Shown here: positions 21,798 to 31,957 of the stretch, piece after piece | Layout: every line of letters starts with the position of its first letter | Numbering within the stretch: position 1 is the first letter of the stretch | Source: Candidatus Saccharimonadales bacterium | Lineage (GTDB): Bacteria; Patescibacteriota; Saccharimonadia; Saccharimonadales; JAUPVS01 | Length of the DNA: 64,000 bases | NCBI GenBank assembly: GCA_039920385.1 | Contig: JBDSDR010000002.1 | Coordinates: 10,561-74,560 of the forward strand | Reading direction: 5' to 3' | Translations under genes and position numbers: made by a program | Notes under the pieces: model-generated | Database searches by the model: none | Told to the model about the DNA's origin: nothing | What the model saw: the letters and a program-made list of their open reading frames with translations, nothing else

Positions 21798-22202
21798 TTA
21801 AATCCTTCGAGCCTTACGTGGACGTACGCCACCGTGTGGGACGCCAGTTACATCTTTAATGCTTTCTACCTGAATATCGGCGGCGGCTAGAGCGCGTACA
21901 GCGGCATCTCGGCCTAGACCGATGCCTTTGACGTAAACATCAGCTCGATTAAAGCCGTGAAGCTGCTTGGCAGCCTGGATGGCGCGCTCGGCAGCGATCT
22001 GGGCGGCGTAAGCGGTACCTTTCTTTGAACCACGGAAGCCACAGGCCCCAGCGCTCGAGAAAGTTAGCACACCACCTTGTAGGTCGGTGATAGAAATAAT
22101 CGTGTTATTAAAAGTTGCTTGAACATGAACTTGTCCAGCCGGAACTGATCGTTTGGACTTCTTTTTCTTTACTGCGGTAGTTGGTGTAGTTGTATCTGCC
22201 AT
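21798..22202 (-). CDS. rpsK: 30S ribosomal protein S11 (uS11)
   Basis: 134 aa. GFRGSKKGTAYAAQ, DVTGVPHGGVRPRKARRI. Confidence 0.95.
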   Translation of the reverse strand: MADTTTPTTAVKKKKSKRSVPAGQVHVQATFNNTIISITDLQGGVLTFSSAGACGFRGSKKGTAYAAQIAAERAIQAAKQLHGFNRADVYVKGIGLGRDAAVRALAAADIQVESIKDVTGVPHGGVRPRKARRI

Positions 22203-22210
22203 AATATTTC

Positions 22211-22597
22211 CTAAGTCTTAGATGCGACCTTCTTCGCAGTACCACCAACTGTTAGTTTGCGACCACGACGGGTGCGAGCATTAGTTTTGGTACGTTGGCC
22301 ACGAGACGGCAAATTTGCCTTATGTCGTAAACCACGGTAAGCGTTAATGTCTTTGAGCCGTTTGATATTTCCAGAAACAATTCGCTGTAACTCACCTTCG
22401 ACGGTTAAGTCACTGTTAATAATTTCTTGGATACGACCAATTTCGGCATCGGTTAAGTCTTTAACACGAACGGTCTCATCGACCTTAGCCTGTTTAAGGA
22501 TTTTGACACTAGTCGTACGGCCAATACCGTAAACGTAAGTCAAAGCAATATGAACTTGCTTTTCTGAAGGGATAGTAACGCCAGAGATTCTTGCCAT
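22211..22597 (-). CDS. rpsM: 30S ribosomal protein S13 (uS13)
   Basis: 128 aa. [33 protein letters not shown]. Confidence 0.95.
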   Translation of the reverse strand: MARISGVTIPSEKQVHIALTYVYGIGRTTSVKILKQAKVDETVRVKDLTDAEIGRIQEIINSDLTVEGELQRIVSGNIKRLKDINAYRGLRHKANLPSRGQRTKTNARTRRGRKLTVGGTAKKVASKT

Positions 22598-22602
22598 ATA
22601 AC

Positions 22603-22719
22603 CTAACCCTGCCTTTGCTTGTGCTTAGGCTTCATTTTATTAATTACATACAAACGCCCCTTGCGACGGACAATTTTGTCGTCGGGACTGATTTTTTTAA
22701 CGCTAGCACGCACTTTCAT
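22603..22719 (-). CDS. rpmJ: 50S ribosomal protein L36 (bL36), Cys-less form (38 aa; below ORF-track cutoff)
   Basis: Manual translation gives [38 protein letters not shown]. Canonical L36 with the three Zn-ligand Cys replaced by S/D/N. AAAGGA SD. Sits between infA and rpsM. Confidence 0.9.
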   Translation of the reverse strand: MKVRASVKKISPDDKIVRRKGRLYVINKMKPKHKQRQG

Positions 22720-22760
22720 GCGGATCATCCTTTCTGGAGGTGACTCACTGCTTAATATTG

Positions 22761-22982
22761 TTATGATTTGCGATAGGTGATTCTGCCCTTAGTAAGATCA
22801 TAAGGGGTCAACTCGACCGTTACGCTATCGCCTGGCACGATACGAATGTAGTGTTTTCGCATCTTTCCGGCGACATGAGCTATGATTAAATGGCCATTCT
22901 CAAGTTCAACCCGGAACTGAGTCCCTGGTAGGGTCTCTATAATAGTCCCTGTAAGTTCGATTACTTCCTTGTTACCTGCCAT
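22761..22982 (-). CDS. infA: translation initiation factor IF-1
   Basis: 73 aa. S1-like fold sequence [30 protein letters not shown]. Confidence 0.95.
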   Translation of the reverse strand: MAGNKEVIELTGTIIETLPGTQFRVELENGHLIIAHVAGKMRKHYIRIVPGDSVTVELTPYDLTKGRITYRKS

Positions 22983-23036
22983 AAATATAACTAACGACTT
23001 AGTATACCCATTCTACAACAGTTTGTAAAGAGTTAT

Positions 23037-24539
23037 TTAAGATTTCTTTGATTTTTTACTTCGGCGCGGTAGAATTCGTAATTTTCGGGCACCAGTTGCC
23101 GCGATTAAGGGATTTTCGTTGGTATCATAAAAGAAATCTGGCTGCTCATACTGATCGTAAGTCACCATCAGTGCGCGCGACTCTATCTGTCTTAATGTTT
23201 CGAGAGCGACAGCTACCAAGATCAGTACGCTAGTGCCACTTAGGGCGACGTTAACAGTCAGGAAGGCCTGCGCGACAATTGGCATCAGAGCCAATAAGCC
23301 AAGTGCTAAAGCCCCAAAAAAGGTTAGCCGATTAACAGTTTTCCCGAGATACTTCTCTGTCTGCTTACCAGACCGGATGCCTTCGATAAAACCACCTTGT
23401 TTTTGCAGGTTCTCGGCGATTTCTTTAGTGTTAAAGGTAATACTGGTATAAAAGAATGTGAATACAAACACCAATAGGAAGTACACTACCGGGTAAATAT
23501 AGGCATGCCAGTCGCCGGTAGCGAAGGTTTGATGCGATGGCGTCTGAAACCAGGTAATTAGGTTTTGGCCGAGTTGTTGCAAATTGGCACTTTTAGCACC
23601 CTGCAGGATCTGGCCGACAAAACTTGGCACACTCAAGAAAGCTACCGCAAATATGATCGGGATAACCCCGGCTGTAATTAACTTAATAGGGAGTTTAGTT
23701 GTAACCCCACCATAGGTACGATTGCCTTGAATACGTTTGGCATAATGAATCGTAACATTTCGTGCCGCTTCGTTGAGTTTTACAACCGCCACGGTAACTA
23801 TGGTTATAGCCAACAGAGCGATACCTATATAAATAACTTGCTGTTGATTTATGCCGATACCAAATACATGCCAGCGTTTACCAGCTGCTGCACTCGATGC
23901 ACTAAATAGCTCAGCGATTGTCTTTGGTAGCTGGCTAACAATACCGACGGTAATAATTAGCGAAATACCATTGCCAATTCCTTCTTCGGTAATCAGTTCA
24001 CCCAGCCACATTAACAGCATCGAGGCACCAGTTAGGGCGGCTACCATTACTGCCCACTGCCCGAGTGATGTATTGGCGGTAATATCGCCTAAACCACCAA
24101 TGCTAGCGGCTGATTGTCGCACTAAGAAAATGGCACCAATTGACTGAATAATTGCCAGCGGCAAAGCCAAGATACGGGTATATTGGTTGATTTTTTTACG
24201 ACCGAATTCGCCCTCGTTATTTAAGGCCTCGAGTTGGGGGATGGCCTTAGTAAGTAGCTGCATGATGATCGAAGCATTAATGTACGGACCAAGCCCAATT
24301 AACATAATTGAGAAGTTGGCTAGAGCACCGCCCGACAATACATCGATAAAACTCAGTAAGTTAGAGCTCTTACTAGAGGTGTAGATAGTTTCGAGAACCT
24401 GCTTAAGAGTCTGCGGGTCACTTAGGGGGATTGGTATGTGCGCCAAGACACGGAAAACCAGCAACATGCCAAGTACGGCAAGCACACGGTTGCGCATGTC
24501 GCTGTCTTTAAGCGACTTCCAAATAACTCTCCAATTCAT
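23037..24539 (-). CDS. secY: preprotein translocase subunit SecY (with ~45-aa C-terminal extension)
   Basis: 500 aa, multi-TM. GLGPYINASIIMQLL, GEFGRKKINQYTR. Position after rplO. Confidence 0.95.
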   Translation of the reverse strand: MNWRVIWKSLKDSDMRNRVLAVLGMLLVFRVLAHIPIPLSDPQTLKQVLETIYTSSKSSNLLSFIDVLSGGALANFSIMLIGLGPYINASIIMQLLTKAIPQLEALNNEGEFGRKKINQYTRILALPLAIIQSIGAIFLVRQSAASIGGLGDITANTSLGQWAVMVAALTGASMLLMWLGELITEEGIGNGISLIITVGIVSQLPKTIAELFSASSAAAGKRWHVFGIGINQQQVIYIGIALLAITIVTVAVVKLNEAARNVTIHYAKRIQGNRTYGGVTTKLPIKLITAGVIPIIFAVAFLSVPSFVGQILQGAKSANLQQLGQNLITWFQTPSHQTFATGDWHAYIYPVVYFLLVFVFTFFYTSITFNTKEIAENLQKQGGFIEGIRSGKQTEKYLGKTVNRLTFFGALALGLLALMPIVAQAFLTVNVALSGTSVLILVAVALETLRQIESRALMVTYDQYEQPDFFYDTNENPLIAATGARKLRILPRRSKKSKKS

Positions 24540-24611
24540 TAGTTACAGTATACAAGAAACCAGCGAGAAAATCTCGCTGGTTTTAGTATTTGTGATTAGA
24601 AATTAGTATTT

Positions 24612-25088
24612 CTATTTGTCGGCTTTTGGTTTGCGAGTTTTGGCGCGGCCAACTTGTGGAACAGCTTCAAAGCTACCACCGGCTTTTTTGACAGCAGCGG
24701 CAGCGGCCACGCTTGAGGCTTGCAGTTTAACTGTCACCTTCTTGGTGACTTCGCCATTAAGAACTAACTTAACACGAGTATATGGTGTGGTAACCAAACC
24801 AGCTGCAGCTAAGGCAGCATTATCGATAGTCTTGGCAGCCAATTTATCAAGCTGACCAGTATAGACGTTTTCAACAGGAGCACGGTGCGGGTTAAAGCCG
24901 CGTAGCTTAGGTAGCTTCTGCATTAAAGGGGTTTGACCACCTTCAAATCCAACCCGGACACCACCACCGGTACGAGCGTTTTGACCTTTAGTACCACGAC
25001 CAGCAGTTTTACCGCCGCCAGCAGCAATACCACGACCAACTCGTTTGGACTTCTTGTAGCTAGTAACATTTAGTTCGTTGTACTTCAT
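24612..25088 (-). CDS. rplO: 50S ribosomal protein L15 (uL15)
   Basis: 158 aa. RVGRGIAAGGGKTAGRGTKGQ. Confidence 0.95.
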   Translation of the reverse strand: MKYNELNVTSYKKSKRVGRGIAAGGGKTAGRGTKGQNARTGGGVRVGFEGGQTPLMQKLPKLRGFNPHRAPVENVYTGQLDKLAAKTIDNAALAAAGLVTTPYTRVKLVLNGEVTKKVTVKLQASSVAAAAAVKKAGGSFEAVPQVGRAKTRKPKADK

Positions 25089-25669
25089 TATTTAGCCTCT
25101 GCTTTAACTTTAGCAACCGGCTTCTTGGCTGGAGCTTTGGCGTCTTCTTTTGTCTTTCCAGACTTAGTCACCCATTTGTCAGCTTGTTCGATACTCTGTA
25201 GTGCGGCAAGCGTTGCGTAGGCCGTGTTAATCTTGTTAGCTGAACCAAGTGATTTAGATAAGGCGTTTTTGATACCACCAACTTCTAGAACGATCCGGAC
25301 AACACCACCGGCAATCAAACCGGTACCGGGACTAGCTGGTTTTAGCAAAATTCGAGCACCGGATACTTTGGCCTCGGCTTCGTGTGGGATGGTTTCTTTA
25401 TAAACTGGGATAACGACGAGATTCTTCTTGGCAACATCAACCGCTTTCTGAACAGCAGCGGTCACATCAGCACCCTTAGCGGTACCAATACCAACCCGGC
25501 TTTTATGATCGCCAATAACGACGAGGGCACGGAAACGGAAACGACGGCCACCTTTAACAACACGCGCCACGCGGTCGATATGAACTACTCGTTCGTCAAA
25601 CTCTTTTTCTTCTTGTGGCTTGTCGTTACGAGGACGACGGTTTTGATTCTGATTATTTGCTGGGGGCAT
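25088..25669 (-). CDS. rpsE: 30S ribosomal protein S5 (uS5)
   Basis: VVKGGRRFRFRALVVIGD, GTGLIAGG. The start is placed at ATG 25669 (MPPANNQ), 1 nt after the rplR stop. The ORF-track start at 25702 would overlap rplR by 32 nt. Confidence 0.93.
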   Translation of the reverse strand: MPPANNQNQNRRPRNDKPQEEKEFDERVVHIDRVARVVKGGRRFRFRALVVIGDHKSRVGIGTAKGADVTAAVQKAVDVAKKNLVVIPVYKETIPHEAEAKVSGARILLKPASPGTGLIAGGVVRIVLEVGGIKNALSKSLGSANKINTAYATLAALQSIEQADKWVTKSGKTKEDAKAPAKKPVAKVKAEAK

Positions 25670-25670
25670 C

Positions 25671-26027
25671 TTAGAACTCCAATCCATTCTGGCGAGCTGC
25701 ATCAGCTAAAGCCTTTATGCGACCATGGTACTTGCGTCCACTTCGATCAAATGCGACCTTGGTAATTTTCTTTGCAACGGCCTTTTTAGCAACTTCACTA
25801 CCAACCCAGACTGATTTTTCGGTCATGGTTCCGGTTAGCTTTTTGTTGCCAACTGTACTTACAGCCACAATCGTAGCGTGCGTAGTGTCATCGATAATTT
25901 GCGCAGAAACGTGGGTGTTACTTATAAACACACTTAATCGTGGTCGCTCAGATGTACCGCTAACAACCGAACGAATTCGGTTTTTGCGAAGTTGGCGGTT
26001 TTTTAATTTATTCTTAAGTCGTTCCAT
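25671..26027 (-). CDS. rplR: 50S ribosomal protein L18 (uL18)
   Basis: 118 aa. RPRLSVFISNTHVSAQIIDD, FDRSGRKYHGRIKALADAARQNGLEF. Confidence 0.95.
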   Translation of the reverse strand: MERLKNKLKNRQLRKNRIRSVVSGTSERPRLSVFISNTHVSAQIIDDTTHATIVAVSTVGNKKLTGTMTEKSVWVGSEVAKKAVAKKITKVAFDRSGRKYHGRIKALADAARQNGLEF

Positions 26028-26032
26028 AATTC

Positions 26033-26572
26033 CTACTTTTCCTTACCAGACTTACCAGATTTGCGAATAATTCGTTCATCGGCGTATTTAATACCCTTGC
26101 CCTTGTAAGGTTCAGGCTTTTTAAGTTCTCGGATTTCGGCAGCTGTCTGACCGACTTGTTGCTTGCTAATACCACTGATGGTAATATTAGTTCCTTCGAC
26201 TTTGGCTTGAACACCTTGAGGAAGATGATAAACCACTTCGTGAGAAAAACCGAGATTCATTTTAAGATCAGTACCAGCTAGAGCGACACGATAACCAACA
26301 CCATTGATTTCGAGCTTTTTCTCAAAGCCTTGGCTAACGCCAACAATCATGTTGTTAACTAAAGTCCGCATTAAACCATGCTTGGCTTTGTGTTCCCAAG
26401 CGTCACTGGCGCGGCTAACGTTAATTGTATCGCCATCGATGGCGACAGTGACACCTGGCATAGTAGCCTGCGTTAATGATCCTTTACTGCCATTGACAGT
26501 GATGAGATCAGAATCGACAGTGATTGTCACGCCAGATGGAAGTGCGATGGGCTGTTTTCCTATACGACTCAT
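26033..26572 (-). CDS. rplF: 50S ribosomal protein L6 (uL6)
   Basis: 179 aa. MSRIGKQPIALPSGV, GVGYRV, PEPYKGKGI. Confidence 0.95.
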   Translation of the reverse strand: MSRIGKQPIALPSGVTITVDSDLITVNGSKGSLTQATMPGVTVAIDGDTINVSRASDAWEHKAKHGLMRTLVNNMIVGVSQGFEKKLEINGVGYRVALAGTDLKMNLGFSHEVVYHLPQGVQAKVEGTNITISGISKQQVGQTAAEIRELKKPEPYKGKGIKYADERIIRKSGKSGKEK

Positions 26573-26584
26573 GATTACCTTTCT

Positions 26585-26986
26585 TTAATAGACTTTACAG
26601 ATTAATTCGCCGCCAATGCGTTGCTTGCGAGCTTTGTCACCAGTCATCATACCTTTTGAGGTAGAGACAATGACCAGCCCACGACCACGTTTGACGACTG
26701 GGATATTATCGGCACTAACATAGTAACGGCGACCAGGTTTGCTCAGGCGGGAAATTTCGGTGATACGAGCATTACTAGTCTCGCTATTGATGGTAAGTGT
26801 TAGAGACTTGCCAACAGTAGCGTCTTTGACATTAACTTCATCGATGAAGTTATTTTCTTTTAGCAAACGCGCGACTGACTCTTTAACTTTAGAGTGCGGC
26901 ATCGTTACCACGGTCTTACGAACGTTGATAGCGTTGCGGACACGAGTTAACATGTCGGCGATTGGATCGGTTGAAACCATACTCAT
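26585..26986 (-). CDS. rpsH: 30S ribosomal protein S8 (uS8)
   Basis: 133 aa. DPIADMLTRVRNA, GGELICKVY. Confidence 0.95.
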   Translation of the reverse strand: MSMVSTDPIADMLTRVRNAINVRKTVVTMPHSKVKESVARLLKENNFIDEVNVKDATVGKSLTLTINSETSNARITEISRLSKPGRRYYVSADNIPVVKRGRGLVIVSTSKGMMTGDKARKQRIGGELICKVY

Positions 26987-26991
26987 AATGT

Positions 26992-27261
26992 TTACCAGCT
27001 CGCTTTCGTTACGCCTGGGATTTCGCCCTTGGAAGCATGTTCACGGAAACTTAGACGGCTTAAGCCAAACTGGCGCATAAAGGCCCGGGGACGACCAGTT
27101 TCGGTGCAGCGGTTTTTAAGACGAGTTGGTGAAGAGTTACGTGGCAATTTGTGGAGGCCTTCGTAATCACCAATCTTCTTGAGCTCTTTACGCTTTTCGG
27201 CGTATTGCTCGTGCATTTTATGTCGTTTTACATCGCGGGCGATGTTTGATTTCCTAGCCAT
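26992..27261 (-). CDS. rpsN: 30S ribosomal protein S14 (uS14), long zinc-independent form
   Basis: 89 aa. [21 protein letters not shown]...PGVTKASW. No CxxC pairs. Confidence 0.95.
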   Translation of the reverse strand: MARKSNIARDVKRHKMHEQYAEKRKELKKIGDYEGLHKLPRNSSPTRLKNRCTETGRPRAFMRQFGLSRLSFREHASKGEIPGVTKASW

Positions 27262-27848
27262 TATTTGGCCTCCTTTTCGAATGGCATTCCAAACTTCTCT
27301 AACAAAGCTCGGCTGTGCGCAGGCTGTTGCGCGTTAATAACAAAGACAACTTGTAAACCGTGAGGGGTGGTAGTTTCTTCAAAACTCAGTTCCGGGAAAG
27401 CCGATTGATCAGTTAAACCGAGACTGTAGTTACCTTGGCGATCAAAAGCCTTAGCACTAACACCGTGGAAGTCACGTAGTCGTGGTAGGACGATGTTGAT
27501 AAGGCGATCGGCAAATTCGTACATCTGGTCACCACGCAAAGTAACTTTTAGGCCAATTTTGTTACCTTCGCGAAGCTTGAATGAAGCGATCGATAAACGA
27601 GCCACTGTGGTGACGGGTTCTTGTCCGGTAATCTTGCGAACTGTGTTACTGGCGACTTCAAGCAACTTTTTATCGTCTTTAGCTTTACCAAGACCAACGT
27701 TGATGACGATCTTTTCGAGCTTAGGTACCTGGTGAGCATTAGCTAGCTTAAGGTCTTTTTGGAGCTCTTTAGCGAGGCTAGCTTTGTAGAGAAGCTTCAA
27801 ACGAGCCTGAATGTTTGCTTCTTTAACTGTGGTTTTAGGACTAGCCAT
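27261..27848 (-). CDS. rplE: 50S ribosomal protein L5 (uL5)
   Basis: 195 aa. [25 protein letters not shown]. Confidence 0.95.
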   Translation of the reverse strand: MASPKTTVKEANIQARLKLLYKASLAKELQKDLKLANAHQVPKLEKIVINVGLGKAKDDKKLLEVASNTVRKITGQEPVTTVARLSIASFKLREGNKIGLKVTLRGDQMYEFADRLINIVLPRLRDFHGVSAKAFDRQGNYSLGLTDQSAFPELSFEETTTPHGLQVVFVINAQQPAHSRALLEKFGMPFEKEAK

Positions 27849-28195
27849 TACTTGATCTCCTTGCCGCTAATCTTAGCGATGCGGACTTTCTTGCCGGCAG
27901 TGACTTTATAGCCAATTCGGGTAGCTTTCTTCTTAGTAGCGTCGTAGTAACCAACTTTTGAAACATCGATTGGCTTGGTTAGCTCAACAATGGCACCTTG
28001 AGGGTGTTCGCGGGTCGGTTTAACGTGCTTTTTAACAATATTGATACCTTCTACGGTAACTTTGTTCAAACTTGGGTGGACGGCTGTAACTTTACCAGTC
28101 TTTCCCTTATATTTCCCAGCTCGGACAACAACTGTGTCGCCCTTCATCAAGCGGATCTTAGTTACTTGAGGTTTGATGTTAGTCGGTTTACTCAT
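27848..28195 (-). CDS. rplX: 50S ribosomal protein L24 (uL24)
   Basis: 115 aa. KOW motif KGDTVVVRAGKYKGKTGKV. Confidence 0.95.
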   Translation of the reverse strand: MSKPTNIKPQVTKIRLMKGDTVVVRAGKYKGKTGKVTAVHPSLNKVTVEGINIVKKHVKPTREHPQGAIVELTKPIDVSKVGYYDATKKKATRIGYKVTAGKKVRIAKISGKEIK

Positions 28196-28563
28196 TACAA
28201 AACCTCCGGAGCTAAGCTAATAATTTTGGCGTAACCCATGTCGCGCAGTTCGCGCGGTACCGGACCAAAAATACGAGTTGCTTTAGGTAACTTATCGTCG
28301 CCAATAATGACACAAGCGTTGTCGTCGAAGGCAATGCTTGAACCATCTTTGCGTTTAATCTGCTTTTTGGTGCGAACGACTACGGCGCGAACGACGCTTT
28401 TGCGCTTAACACCACCACTTGGGTTGGCTTCTTTAACGGTGACGACAATTGTGTCACCAACCCGTGCGTAACGACGACGAGTTCCGCCCAGTACACGGAT
28501 GCACAAGACTTCCTTAGCGCCGCTGTTATCGCAGACAGTTAGTCGAGATTCTTGCTGAATCAT
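28195..28563 (-). CDS. rplN: 50S ribosomal protein L14 (uL14)
   Basis: 122 aa. [27 protein letters not shown]. Confidence 0.97.
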   Translation of the reverse strand: MIQQESRLTVCDNSGAKEVLCIRVLGGTRRRYARVGDTIVVTVKEANPSGGVKRKSVVRAVVVRTKKQIKRKDGSSIAFDDNACVIIGDDKLPKATRIFGPVPRELRDMGYAKIISLAPEVL

Positions 28564-28829
28564 TATGCGGCTTCCTTTTCTTCGACAATTGCCGGACGAT
28601 CAACGATAGTCTTTAAGATAAATCGTTTACGGGCACTTAAAGGACGGGTTTCTTCGATGATAACGCGATCACCAACTAGGCATTCGTTCTTTTCGTCGTG
28701 GGCCATAAACTTAGTGCTAACACTATATTGCTTACGATAAACTGGGTGTGTTTTACGGGTAACCACAGTAACGATAATCGTCTTGTCTGGCTTGTTTGAA
28801 GAAACAGTACCGGTGAGTGTTTTAGCCAT
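28563..28829 (-). CDS. rpsQ: 30S ribosomal protein S17 (uS17)
   Basis: 88 aa. [38 protein letters not shown]. Confidence 0.95.
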   Translation of the reverse strand: MAKTLTGTVSSNKPDKTIIVTVVTRKTHPVYRKQYSVSTKFMAHDEKNECLVGDRVIIEETRPLSARKRFILKTIVDRPAIVEEKEAA

Positions 28830-29029
28830 TATGCGGTCTCCTTTGTGAGCTGCTCGCTCAAAACTGTTAAGATTCGAGCTAGGTCCTTACGCTTATTGCG
28901 TAAGACTTTAGTATTCTGAACTTCACCCATGTGCAATCGGCGCTTCAGCTCAACGATTTCATCGCGTAGCTTGGTGCTTTCAGTCGCTAACTGGGTAGTG
29001 TCTAATTTACGGATTTCTACGATTTTCAT
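28829..29029 (-). CDS. rpmC: 50S ribosomal protein L29 (uL29)
   Basis: 66 aa. [27 protein letters not shown]. Confidence 0.93.
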   Translation of the reverse strand: MKIVEIRKLDTTQLATESTKLRDEIVELKRRLHMGEVQNTKVLRNKRKDLARILTVLSEQLTKETA

Positions 29030-29031
29030 AA

Positions 29032-29445
29032 TTATGAATCCTCCCGAGTCAGGAACTTAGTCCGGACTGGTAGTTTATGGGCTGCGAGGCGCATGGCTTC
29101 GCGGGCAACTTCGATGTCAACACCCTGCATTTCAAACAAAACGGTGCCGGGTTTAACTTTTGCGACGAAGAACTCGGGGTTACCTTTACCACTACCCATT
29201 TTGACATCCTGTGGTTTACGAGTAACTGGGGTGTGTGGGAAGATACGGATCCAGATTTTACCACCACGTTTAATGTAGCGAGTCATGGCTTGACGAGAAG
29301 CTTCGATCTGGCGAGAGGTAATCCGTTCGTGACCTTGGGCCTGCAAAGCGTATTCACCGAAAGCAATCTTATTGCCAACAGTTGCCACGCCGCGGATCTT
29401 CCCTTTCCGCACCTTGCGGTGCTTTTGTCGTTTAGGCATTAACAT
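29032..29445 (-). CDS. rplP: 50S ribosomal protein L16 (uL16)
   Basis: The start is placed at ATG 29445 ([11 protein letters not shown], the canonical L16 N-terminus), 2 nt after the rpsC stop. Confidence 0.95.
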   Translation of the reverse strand: MLMPKRQKHRKVRKGKIRGVATVGNKIAFGEYALQAQGHERITSRQIEASRQAMTRYIKRGGKIWIRIFPHTPVTRKPQDVKMGSGKGNPEFFVAKVKPGTVLFEMQGVDIEVAREAMRLAAHKLPVRTKFLTREDS

Positions 29446-29447
29446 GA

Positions 29448-30077
29448 CTAAGCTACCTCTCCTTTGTAAATCCAAACCTTAACACCAATGATGCCAGCAG
29501 CTGTATGGGCGCGAACGCCAGCATAGTCGATGTTAGCTCGGATGGTGTGTAATGGCACTGAACCTTGGACTTCTTTTTCGGTACGAGACATTTCGGCGCC
29601 ATTAAGACGACCAGCTACTTCGATACGGATACCCTTAGCGCCAGAACGCATCGTGGCAGCAGCCGACTGTTTGATAGCGCGGCGGAAAGAAATCCGGCGT
29701 TCTAGTTGGTGGGCAATATTTTCGGCAACTAGTTTAGCGTAAAGTTCTGGCTTTTTGACTTCTTCGATGTTAACTCGAACTGGTGAGTTATAGATTTTCT
29801 CGCAAGCGACTTTAAGCTCTTGAGCACCAGCACCACCGCGACCAATTACCACACCAGCTTTAGCAGTAGCGATAGTAATTGTTACTAGGTTTGGTGAGCG
29901 TTCGATGTCAACCTTGTTAACTGCACCACGAGAACCAACTTTTTCTTGGATAAAGCGGCGAACCCGAAGATCTTGACCAAGATATTTAGCGTAATCTTTT
30001 TTAGCTACAAACCATTTGCTTCGCCAGTCTTTGTTGACCTGGAGGCGCATGCTAATTGGGTTTACTTTTTGTCCCAT
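29448..30077 (-). CDS. rpsC: 30S ribosomal protein S3 (uS3)
   Basis: 209 aa. [14 protein letters not shown] domain, [12 protein letters not shown]. Confidence 0.97.
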   Translation of the reverse strand: MGQKVNPISMRLQVNKDWRSKWFVAKKDYAKYLGQDLRVRRFIQEKVGSRGAVNKVDIERSPNLVTITIATAKAGVVIGRGGAGAQELKVACEKIYNSPVRVNIEEVKKPELYAKLVAENIAHQLERRISFRRAIKQSAAATMRSGAKGIRIEVAGRLNGAEMSRTEKEVQGSVPLHTIRANIDYAGVRAHTAAGIIGVKVWIYKGEVA

Positions 30078-30451
30078 TACTTTGTCTCCTTCTTTGCTAC
30101 TGGCTTTTTAGGAACACGCTTTTCGCCATCAACAATTACTGTAATGTGGCTACTGGCTCGCTGGAACGGTAGAGCACGACCATGAGCGGCTGGGCGATAA
30201 CGTTTGATACGAACACCGGGCGTGACGGTAATAGTAGTAATGCGCAGACTGTCTGGCTTGTACTTATGGTTATGATCGGCGTTAGCACGAGCACTTTCGA
30301 TAACCTTCTTAATAGGTAGAGCTGAGCGACGTGGGGTGTGCTCTAAGATGACCAACGCGTCGGCTACAGTGCGGCCACGAACCAAGCTGGCAACTACACC
30401 AACTTTACGAGGGCTCATGCGAACACCTTTAGCGACGGCCTGGACACTCAT
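30077..30451 (-). CDS. rplV: 50S ribosomal protein L22 (uL22)
   Basis: 124 aa. VRMSPRKVGVVASLVRG, ITVIV. Confidence 0.95.
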   Translation of the reverse strand: MSVQAVAKGVRMSPRKVGVVASLVRGRTVADALVILEHTPRRSALPIKKVIESARANADHNHKYKPDSLRITTITVTPGVRIKRYRPAAHGRALPFQRASSHITVIVDGEKRVPKKPVAKKETK

Positions 30452-30452
30452 T

Positions 30453-30728
30453 TTAGCGACCTCCCTTAGCTACTTTGCCACCGTGGTTGCGGAACTTACG
30501 AGTTGGTGAGAATTCACCAAGCTTGTGGCCGACCATGTTTTCGGTAACAAAAACTGGAACATGAACTTTACCATTATGAACAGCGATGGTTTTGCCAACG
30601 AAGTCAGGCGCAATAGTACAAGCCCGCGCCCATGTTTTGATAATGGTGCGATCTTCATTACCCAAAGCGGCAATCTTTTTTGCGAGCTTTGGATCCACAA
30701 ATGGTCCTTTTTTAAGTGATCGTGACAT
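30453..30728 (-). CDS. rpsS: 30S ribosomal protein S19 (uS19)
   Basis: 91 aa. [29 protein letters not shown]. Confidence 0.97.
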   Translation of the reverse strand: MSRSLKKGPFVDPKLAKKIAALGNEDRTIIKTWARACTIAPDFVGKTIAVHNGKVHVPVFVTENMVGHKLGEFSPTRKFRNHGGKVAKGGR

Positions 30729-30737
30729 ATGCTTCCC

Positions 30738-31574
30738 TTACCTTCGTTTCGCCTGATGACGAGATTTTAGAATCATGTTAGTAGTACTCTTGCGGCGACG
30801 AGTCTTATAGCCCAAGGTCTTTTGACCCCAAGGTGTAACTGGTGCGCGTGCCATCCGGTGACGACCACCATCACCACCACCGTGTGGGTGATCAACTGCG
30901 TTCATAACCACACCGCGAACGGTTGGGCGGATACCCTTGTTTCGGTTACGACCAGCTTTACCAATTTTAATGTTTTGGTGTTGTTCGTTACCTACCACAC
31001 CCATTGATGCAGTACATTCCAGGTGAACCAAGCGAACTTCGCCTGATGGTAGTTTAACCTGAGCGTATTCGCCTTCTTTAGCAGCTAGCTGAGCGCTAGT
31101 ACCAGCCGAACGAACCATTTGGGCACCACGGCCGACTTTAAGTTCGATAGCGTGGATAACGCTACCGACTGGGATGTTCTTTAGTGGTAGGCGGTTGCCA
31201 ACTTCGATTGGAGCTTCTTCATCAGAAACAACAGTTTGGCCAACCTTCATGCCACTGGCAGCTAAGATATAGTGGTATTTGCCATTAGCTTCTTTTAAGC
31301 GAGCGATACGAGCCGAACGGTTTGGATCATACTCGATGTGCTCAATAACTGCAGTTGTACCAGCAGCTAATTTAAAGTTCATGATTCGATAGAATTTTTT
31401 AGCACCACCACCAATGTGTCGAGTTGTAATGCGACCTTGGTTGTTACGGCCACCACTACGGTTTTTAACAGCAACCAGTGATTTAACAGGCTTACGAGTG
31501 GTGATTTCACTCATATCCTGTGTGGTCATGCCACGTTGGCCAGGGGTGTTTGGCTTTAATGCTTTAATAGCCAT
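30738..31574 (-). CDS. rplB: 50S ribosomal protein L2 (uL2)
   Basis: 278 aa. GGRNNQGRITTRHIGGG, VDHPHGGGDG. Confidence 0.97.
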   Translation of the reverse strand: MAIKALKPNTPGQRGMTTQDMSEITTRKPVKSLVAVKNRSGGRNNQGRITTRHIGGGAKKFYRIMNFKLAAGTTAVIEHIEYDPNRSARIARLKEANGKYHYILAASGMKVGQTVVSDEEAPIEVGNRLPLKNIPVGSVIHAIELKVGRGAQMVRSAGTSAQLAAKEGEYAQVKLPSGEVRLVHLECTASMGVVGNEQHQNIKIGKAGRNRNKGIRPTVRGVVMNAVDHPHGGGDGGRHRMARAPVTPWGQKTLGYKTRRRKSTTNMILKSRHQAKRR

Positions 31575-31957
31575 TACTTAGCATCCTTTTTGGCTTTTTT
31601 ATCAGTAGCCTTCTTAATTGCTGCCGAAGTCTTTTCGGCCTTGGCGTCTTCTTCTTCCATGGCTGCAAAAATTGGGATAGAATCACCAGCCTTAACACGG
31701 ACATAGGCTTTCTTGATGATGCTGGTTTCGCCAACAGTCGGGCGGCCACCACGGCGGTAGCTGCGCTTCTTCTTGCCTTTAAGTAAAGAAATGTTTACTT
31801 CTTCGACGGTTACCTTAAATTGGGCTTCGACAGCCGCTGCGACAGTAACTTTGTTACTTTCGTAAGGAACAGCAAAAACATAGGTGTTCTGAGAAGTACT
31901 TAAGGCGTAAGCCTTTTCGCTCATTCGTGGTTTTAAAACCATCATTGTGCCAGCCAT
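31574..31957 (-). CDS. rplW: 50S ribosomal protein L23 (uL23) with Lys/Ala-rich C-terminal tail
   Basis: The start is placed at ATG 31957, which overlaps the rplD stop (TAATG). LKPRMSEKAY, FKVTVEEVN. Confidence 0.93.
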   Translation of the reverse strand: MAGTMMVLKPRMSEKAYALSTSQNTYVFAVPYESNKVTVAAAVEAQFKVTVEEVNISLLKGKKKRSYRRGGRPTVGETSIIKKAYVRVKAGDSIPIFAAMEEEDAKAEKTSAAIKKATDKKAKKDAK

